Part shown: positions 41,158 to 46,273 of the stretch, piece by piece | Position numbering within the stretch: the first letter of the stretch is position 1 | Layout of the letters: each line of letters starts with the position of its first letter | Virus record (IMG/VR): IMGVR_UViG_3300037589_000034 | DNA: 46,273 nt | Strand: one strand, 5' to 3' | Origin: a virus | Made by a program: the position numbers and the translations under genes | The notes under the pieces: model-generated | Seen by the model: the letters and a program-made list of their open reading frames with translations, nothing else | Database searches by the model: none | Told to the model about the DNA's origin: nothing

Positions 41158-42511
41158 CTCCAGGATCTTCCGGAGAGACAATAAGGCCTACATCATGGGC
41201 AGTTATCCCGGATACGATGCTTTTGATAGCTGGATCAAGCTGTCCAAAAATGTCGATTGGGAGGGAGATCCAGTCTATTTCAATGGTATTAAAATCGTAC
41301 CACATGGGGCCAATAATGACCTCCCGCAGGTCATACGTGACATCATGGATAAAAACAATCTCGCTCCGGGTATCCTGGAGAGGGAGATGGGACTCCTATA
41401 TGGTGATGGCCCCATGTTGTACGAGTTAAAATTTGAAAACGGATACATGGTCCGTGAATACAAAGAGGATCCCGAGATCCAGGAATGGCTCAGTACCTGG
41501 AACTACAAGCGATACATTGATATGGCGATTGTAGAGTTCAAGCACATGAAGGGGATCTTTGTCAAGCGCATCCGCAATCGTGCCGGGAGATTGAGCAGCG
41601 AGCAAGCTCGCATCAATCGGCTCGAAGTGATTCCGGCCACTGATGCTAGATTGGGATGGCCGGATACCGGAGCTCCTAAGCGATTGGAGTCTGTGAGATG
41701 GATCTATGTCGCTGACTATGAAAATTACGCACTCGATACCGGGATAAAAGGCTATCCGGTCTATGATCCTCAGAATCCTTTCAAGTATGGAGTTTCTGTA
41801 GGTTATCACAATAAATATTCCTTTGGGCGCAATTTCTACTCAGTGCCAAGTTTCTATGGATCGCTGAATTGGATCATGAGATCCTCCGATATTCCGGAGG
41901 TCCTACGATATCTCAGTGAGAATGGCATCACCTCAGCATTTCACATTCACTCTCCGGATATGTATTGGGAAAAGCGAATGGAATGGATCCAGAAAACCTA
42001 TCCTACTGAGACCGAGGCCCAATGGCAAAAGCGGCTAGATACTGTCAAGGATGAGCTGTTTTCTAAAATGACTGCCACACTGTCCGGCAATAAAAACGCT
42101 GGAAAATTCATTGAGACAGTAGATTTCATTGATGATATGGGCAATAAGCATGAGTGGAAAATCGAGGCCATTGATCAAAAGATCAAGGACTTTATCGAGG
42201 CTCAGATCAAGATCTCCGAAAAGGCAGATTCCGCTACTACATCCGGCATGGGATTGCATCCATCCCTATCCAATATCATTGTAGGAGGCCAGCTCTCATC
42301 CGGATCTCAAATGCTCTATGCGCTCAAGCTCTACTTAGCCTCTGATACTACGATCCCGGAGGAGGTAGTCATGGAGCCAATCAATCAAGCTATCCAGGCT
42401 AATTTCCCTGGAAAAAAGCTCCGGATGGGATTCTATCACAATACAGTACAGCGGGAGGAGAATGTCTCTCCTTCTAATCGTGTCAATCAAACTGCAGAAG
42501 CTGAGAAATAA
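41132..42511 (+). CDS. Portal protein candidate
   Basis: 459 aa, just downstream of terL. The call rests on position and size; I recognise no motif. Confidence 0.55.
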   Translation: MTDTTKINNSRIFRRDNKAYIMGSYPGYDAFDSWIKLSKNVDWEGDPVYFNGIKIVPHGANNDLPQVIRDIMDKNNLAPGILEREMGLLYGDGPMLYELKFENGYMVREYKEDPEIQEWLSTWNYKRYIDMAIVEFKHMKGIFVKRIRNRAGRLSSEQARINRLEVIPATDARLGWPDTGAPKRLESVRWIYVADYENYALDTGIKGYPVYDPQNPFKYGVSVGYHNKYSFGRNFYSVPSFYGSLNWIMRSSDIPEVLRYLSENGITSAFHIHSPDMYWEKRMEWIQKTYPTETEAQWQKRLDTVKDELFSKMTATLSGNKNAGKFIETVDFIDDMGNKHEWKIEAIDQKIKDFIEAQIKISEKADSATTSGMGLHPSLSNIIVGGQLSSGSQMLYALKLYLASDTTIPEEVVMEPINQAIQANFPGKKLRMGFYHNTVQREENVSPSNRVNQTAEAEK

Positions 42512-43539
42512 TGCTATTCAACAAAGCCAATAATGGAGCAGCGGAGCTCAAGGAGCTGACCTCCTCCTACTACAAAAACAATAAATTCGATGCCATCACC
42601 ACTCAGATCGAGATCGAGGAGGAGGCAATGATCAAGCTAGTAGGTCAGGATCTCTATGACCGGGCATTGAATCATTATCAGTCTGCATCATTTCGAAAGC
42701 AGACAGGAGCTAGCGCACTAGAAAAGATCAATGATCAGCTGGTGGATAAGCTCCGGAGACCGATTGCTTACAAGGCTACATTGAGGTACTACCACCTCAA
42801 TCTCATCTCTCATGAGGACACAGGCCGCAAGGTCAAGATTGACCGGGATCATGAGGTCCTGCCATGGGAGTGGATGGTGGATCGGGATGATGAGGCTCAG
42901 AATAGATTGGCTAATGAGACCACTGATCTACTGATCAATTGGCTCGAAAAAAAGCAAATTACCGAGTGGATCTCCTCACCTAATCGAGCAGCTGTCCGGG
43001 ATCTTTTTGTCAATTCTGCAGAGATCTTCCATGATGCCTATCCGATCAATCTCTCTAGTCGATTTTTCTATACTGTAGTGCCATTTATCCGGGAGGTCCA
43101 GACCATTCGCATGAAGAAGGCACTCGGAGCTCAATACGAGCCATTATTGGCCTATTGGAAGGGATTGGGTATCCAGGACTCAGGATCTGGCTCAGCTGGA
43201 GGAGGGATCCCAAGTGAAAGCAATGAGACATTCGATGAGCTGCTCCCCATGATCCAGCGAGTGATCCCGCTCTACGTGATGCAGATGGCATCCAAGAGAC
43301 TGTCTATTCAGATGATGCCTGATGGAGTGGTCCAGCATTTCAAGTCCATGTTCCAAGGTCGAGATGCTACTACCATGCCTCCAGAGGAGATGATCCGGAG
43401 ATACGGAGTATTGATGGAGGGAGAGGCTACTTACATCCTAGATGATATCAAGCGGATCATCCAGGATCTGTCTCCGGATACTAGGGACTATCTATTGATC
43501 CCTGAAAACAAAGTAGAAAATAAATATTTCCGCACATGA
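42511..43539 (+). CDS. Head-tail adaptor / minor head protein candidate (342 aa)
   Basis: ATAATG junction with the portal gene. The N-terminal ..ITTQIEIEEEAMIKLVGQDLYDRAL is reminiscent of gp6-like connector proteins. It has an internal DSGSGSAGGGI at 43177-43209. Confidence 0.35.
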   Translation: MLFNKANNGAAELKELTSSYYKNNKFDAITTQIEIEEEAMIKLVGQDLYDRALNHYQSASFRKQTGASALEKINDQLVDKLRRPIAYKATLRYYHLNLISHEDTGRKVKIDRDHEVLPWEWMVDRDDEAQNRLANETTDLLINWLEKKQITEWISSPNRAAVRDLFVNSAEIFHDAYPINLSSRFFYTVVPFIREVQTIRMKKALGAQYEPLLAYWKGLGIQDSGSGSAGGGIPSESNETFDELLPMIQRVIPLYVMQMASKRLSIQMMPDGVVQHFKSMFQGRDATTMPPEEMIRRYGVLMEGEATYILDDIKRIIQDLSPDTRDYLLIPENKVENKYFRT

Positions 43540-44447
43540 ATTTGGTCGAGATACCAGAGGCCGGATTTAAGGCAGAGATCCCCTCTCATTGGGATGAAAT
43601 GACTCAAGAGCAAGTAGAGTACTGCCTCAAGCAAGCTGTATTTGCTAGTCGAGGGATAGTGGATGAGGTCGAGGCTCAGGTAAGATGTCTCTACCATGTC
43701 CTGGACATCGAGCGAGACTGGAAATCTGAGTATTGGGAGCGAGTGAATTCCAAGGATGATGTAGATCACAAAAACTCCCAAGCGATCATCCTGGCAGAGC
43801 AGCTATTTTCCTGGATATTCAAGATCAATGAGCGAGAGCTCCTGGAGGTCCAGTACAATACACTCACCAATCATTTCCCAAAACTCAGATCCGGAAAGGT
43901 CCAGCTCCATGGTCCAGCGGATATGCTGACTGATCTCACCTTTGGAGAGTTCAGAGCAGCTATAGAGGAGATGAATGAGTATTTCAAGACTAGATCCTCC
44001 AAGTCACTCTCCAGGTTCCTGGCATGCCTATACAGGCCAGCTCATCCGGATATAGAGCAGCTCCGAAAAGCGATTGATTGGAATGGGATTGTCCGGGAGC
44101 CATTCAATCCGGCCAGACTGGACATCAATGCACAGCTCACCGATAAGCTGTCCACAGTGCATCGGACCGGGATCCTGCTCTGGTTTACTTTCTGTATCGA
44201 ATTCATTCAGAAAAATGAGCTGATCATCGGAGGTCAAGAGATCAATTTCAATGTACTATTCTCCGGTGGAGAAGGTGGATCTGGATCCGGATGGACAGGC
44301 GTACTCCATGCAGTGGCAGAGAAGCAGATCTTTGGTACTGCAGACCAGGTGGACCAGAAAAATATATTCGATCTCTTGGTCTATATGTATGACAAAGAGA
44401 TGGAAAATAAAAAGATCAAATCGAAACTAAGATCCAAAAAGGCATGA
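43536..44447 (+). CDS. Hypothetical structural-module protein (303 aa)
   Basis: ATGA overlap with the previous gene. Confidence 0.5.
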   Translation: MNLVEIPEAGFKAEIPSHWDEMTQEQVEYCLKQAVFASRGIVDEVEAQVRCLYHVLDIERDWKSEYWERVNSKDDVDHKNSQAIILAEQLFSWIFKINERELLEVQYNTLTNHFPKLRSGKVQLHGPADMLTDLTFGEFRAAIEEMNEYFKTRSSKSLSRFLACLYRPAHPDIEQLRKAIDWNGIVREPFNPARLDINAQLTDKLSTVHRTGILLWFTFCIEFIQKNELIIGGQEINFNVLFSGGEGGSGSGWTGVLHAVAEKQIFGTADQVDQKNIFDLLVYMYDKEMENKKIKSKLRSKKA

Positions 44448-44869
44448 TAACTATCACCCAATTTGACCAAGCTATCCAGGCTATTGTCGATCACATAGGA
44501 GCCACTGATTTTGTCAGAGCTGCCAATGATGAGCATGTCACCAGGAGACTTGCAGACAAGTCCGGAGACATCGTAGTGGCCTCCCTCCCCACCTTCTCTC
44601 AGCGAGGTATGTCTGAGAATCCATCGGAGCAGCATGCAGCTTTCCTATGGATCCTAAGCAAGCCTGGAGCTGATGATACAGAGCAGGATGAGCGGGACAA
44701 TTACGAGCGCATGCAGCAGCTGATCCTCCAGGCTAAGGAGTTTATCCGAGAGCAGCAGGAGGATGGCTGCTCGATCTGGTGGAGACTGGAGGTCAGCTCG
44801 ATTATCATCGAGCCAGAGTACAATCTTTGGGGAGGATGGAATGGATGGCACATGACTTTACTATTCTGA
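44444..44869 (+). CDS. Hypothetical structural-module protein (141 aa)
   Basis: ATGA overlap with the previous gene. Confidence 0.5.
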   Translation: MITITQFDQAIQAIVDHIGATDFVRAANDEHVTRRLADKSGDIVVASLPTFSQRGMSENPSEQHAAFLWILSKPGADDTEQDERDNYERMQQLILQAKEFIREQQEDGCSIWWRLEVSSIIIEPEYNLWGGWNGWHMTLLF

Positions 44870-44997
44870 TGGATTGTGTAGTTTTTTCCCTTTTGTTATT
44901 AGGCCTGTCATTCATTGTATTGATCGCTTATATAGGTATCTCTTCTAGGGATTCTCCAGGATTTTCAAAACTTCCTAGATCCCCAAAAAATAGGTAG
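44869..44997 (+). CDS. Small membrane peptide (42 aa)
   Basis: TGATG overlap. MDCVVFSLLLLGLSFIVLIAYIGISS contains a TM segment. This is an internal start of the track ORF 44779-44997. Confidence 0.35.
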   Translation: MDCVVFSLLLLGLSFIVLIAYIGISSRDSPGFSKLPRSPKNR

Positions 44998-45015
44998 AAT
45001 TTTTTCATAGGGTGA

Positions 45016-45050
45016 CAGCTGGAGGAGGGGAGGCCTCCGGCTGATTTTTT
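45016..45050 (+). terminator. Rho-independent terminator ending the head operon
   Basis: CAGCTGGAGG-(8 nt)-CCTCCGGCTG, a 10-bp stem with one G-U pair, followed by ATTTTTT. Confidence 0.65.
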
Positions 45051-45075
45051 GCCTGATATTCACTATATTAGAGCC

Positions 45076-45366
45076 ATGACAGCAATACAAAAAACACTCG
45101 CCCACACCTATCAGACAATCACTGCAGTAAACGCTCTGATACGCATCAAGGCATTGATATTTCATAGCCCTCTCCAGGCTGATATCATGCCGGATCTCCT
45201 CCCTTCTGATCCGATCAAGAGGAGTACCTATTTCATCAATCTATACAAGTATGCCAGGCTCAAGCTCCTGCTCAAGGAAGGAATGAAATTCCAGATCAAT
45301 GACATGGAGACCGGAAAGCCTCTTGCATTTGTACTCAAAGGAAAAGTCTCATATCCTGCAGAATAG
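45076..45366 (+). CDS. Hypothetical protein (96 aa), moron-like
   Basis: ATG after the terminator; the TTG start at 45049 would lie inside the terminator. A second terminator follows the gene. Confidence 0.45.
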   Translation: MTAIQKTLAHTYQTITAVNALIRIKALIFHSPLQADIMPDLLPSDPIKRSTYFINLYKYARLKLLLKEGMKFQINDMETGKPLAFVLKGKVSYPAE

Positions 45367-45418
45367 GCCTAGTTTTTGATCTAGGTATATTCCCTTATAG
45401 GTTTGGTGCTAGACAGTA

Positions 45419-45455
45419 GGCTCGGGTTCACTTTTGGTGGATCCGAGCTTTTTTT
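45419..45455 (+). terminator. Terminator candidate
   Basis: GCTCGG-(16 nt)-CCGAGC followed by TTTTTTTT. Confidence 0.45.
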
Positions 45456-45490
45456 TGATCTTTAACGAGCTATTTAAAACTACTCCTCCT

Positions 45491-45856
45491 ATGAAAAAAG
45501 TAATGATCTTAATGCTATTGATTGTAGCATCCTCCTGCAGCTATCTGGATATAGAGCTGAAAGGAAAGTGGTATATGGATTTTCACGATGCTGCCTACGA
45601 AGGAGATGGCCTCCAGCAGATCGCCCACTCCAAGCCATTTGATTTCATCGAATTCAATTTTGGGGATGTCATTATTGATGGTAAAAAGACTACCTATCAG
45701 AAGCTAGATGGAGACTACATCTCGATTGATATCGATGGTCAGAGCTATAAGTTTTTTGTCAGTACTACGACCTATAATGGCAAAAAAATGCTCATGCTCA
45801 CCAGTCTGGAATACACTCCAAAAGATATCTCAGCATACTACCTGGTCAAGACTTAA
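45491..45856 (+). CDS. Lipoprotein (121 aa), moron-like
   Basis: MKKVMILMLLIVASSCS is a lipobox-like signal. The gene is bracketed by terminators. Confidence 0.55.
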   Translation: MKKVMILMLLIVASSCSYLDIELKGKWYMDFHDAAYEGDGLQQIAHSKPFDFIEFNFGDVIIDGKKTTYQKLDGDYISIDIDGQSYKFFVSTTTYNGKKMLMLTSLEYTPKDISAYYLVKT

Positions 45857-45880
45857 CACCTTTCATCTGACCACCAACCG

Positions 45881-45904
45881 AGGCCCTATTTAGGGCCTTT
45901 TTTA
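45881..45904 (+). terminator. Rho-independent terminator
   Basis: AGGCCCT-ATTT-AGGGCCT followed by TTTTTTATT. Confidence 0.75.
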
Positions 45905-45984
45905 TTGTCTAAATTCCTGCTTTTCACCACCTACTTCCAATCAGAAAACCCCTCAAATTCCACCGTATTTGCAATTTATTATCG

Positions 45985-46096
45985 AAAAATCGCCCAAAAT
46001 TCACCTAGAAAAAGCTGAAAAAGACATAGAATTACAGATAAAAAATCGCTAAGTATCTGATAATCAAGCGAAGAGGGTCAAGTATCCAAAAATCGC
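45985..46096 (+). repeat. Three direct AAAAATCGC words in the non-coding region before the tandem array
   Basis: Copies at 45985-45993, 46041-46049 and 46088-46096. They are short, so chance cannot be excluded. Confidence 0.35.
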
Positions 46097-46146
46097 ATAT
46101 AAGTGCCTATGAATCGACCCCCGGTCCGCCCTCCCGGCCAAATGCA

Positions 46147-46273
46147 ATTGTATGCCCTTTGGATGGCCTGGAAATATGACAGCGGCCCGGCCTGGATCCG
46201 GTCCCTGGTTCCTGGTTCCTGGTTCCTGGTTCCTGGATCCGGTCCCTGGTTCCCTGGTTCCTGGTTCCCTGGT
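46147..46273. repeat. 127-nt terminal overlap identical to 1-127 (circular contig closure)
   Basis: I compared the two ends base by base and they are identical. Confidence 0.9.

Larger units (their letters stand above)
1..46146. mobile_element. Complete circular genome of a temperate tailed phage (siphovirus-like; probable Bacteroidota host)
   Basis: The window contains integrase, repressor, primase-helicase, protease, capsid candidate, TerS/TerL, portal candidate, tape measure, fibres and a lysis cassette. Its ends overlap exactly by 127 nt. Confidence 0.8.

Noticed and set aside
40834-41181. 115-aa antisense ORF opposite 40831-41157
   Set aside because: It has opposite polarity to the whole late operon, so I preferred the + strand ORF.
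1-46273. Search for tRNA genes, reverse transcriptase/DGR template-variable repeats, retron-like ncRNA, transposases and toxin-antitoxin pairs
   Set aside because: I saw no T-loop-type GGTTCGAATCC-like sequence, no YxDD reverse-transcriptase motif and no DDE or HUH motif. The internal RBP duplication is too diverged, and not adenine-specific, so it is not a DGR pair.
46147-46273. 127-nt repeat as a genuine direct terminal repeat of a linear virion genome
   Set aside because: An exact overlap at both contig ends is most simply an assembler artefact of a circular or circularly permuted genome. It cannot be fully excluded without read-terminus data.

Overview
The window is a complete, circularly closed genome of a temperate tailed phage. 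Bases 46147-46273 repeat bases 1-127 exactly, so the unique length is 46146 bp. Almost every gene is on the + strand; only a tyrosine integrase and an HTH repressor are on the - strand. Start codons have A/C-rich leaders and no Shine-Dalgarno motif, and the integrase looks like the Bacteroidota type, so a Bacteroidota host is my inference.

Modules:
(1) A non-coding region of about 1.2 kb spans the junction (45905-996) and holds a higher-order CCTGGTT/CCCTGGTT tandem array (1-846).
(2) 997-5948 is an array of 12 small ORFs headed by an ArdA-like antirestriction gene. The ORFs are separated by a reiterated GGATCC/CCWGG palindrome plus a conserved leader.
(3) 6024-20470 is the tail module: tape measure, a 736-aa tail protein, an embedded holin / GH19 endolysin / unimolecular-spanin candidate, a 1309-aa receptor-binding protein with an internal duplication and a LamG-like end, and a tail fibre.
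(4) 20760-23487 holds the integrase, the repressor and divergent early regulators.
(5) 23612-31627 holds early and replication genes, including a Toprim primase fused to an SF3 helicase.
(6) 31.6-32.2 kb is a control region with a terminator, a sigma70-like promoter and a GATACA repeat array.
(7) 32207-45050 is the head and packaging module: S49 protease, capsid candidate, TerS, TerL, portal candidate and connector candidates.
(8) Two moron-like genes follow, each with its own terminator.

I saw no tRNA, rRNA, CRISPR array, reverse transcriptase, transposase or DNA methyltransferase. Functional calls come from motif recognition by eye, with no database searches.

Main leads:
- the ArdA-headed palindrome+leader cassette array, a candidate modular anti-defence island
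- the heptad/octad tandem array at the junction
- a five-fold TGATTTGTCCTTTC motif ahead of each late transcription unit
- a CCCCAATCCCCT box and 41-bp direct repeats flanking a glycosyltransferase-like gene
- a GATACA array
- a shared C-terminal DSGxxAGGGI tail on head proteins
- strong GATC/palindrome enrichment everywhere except a 3.3-kb fibre block that looks foreign
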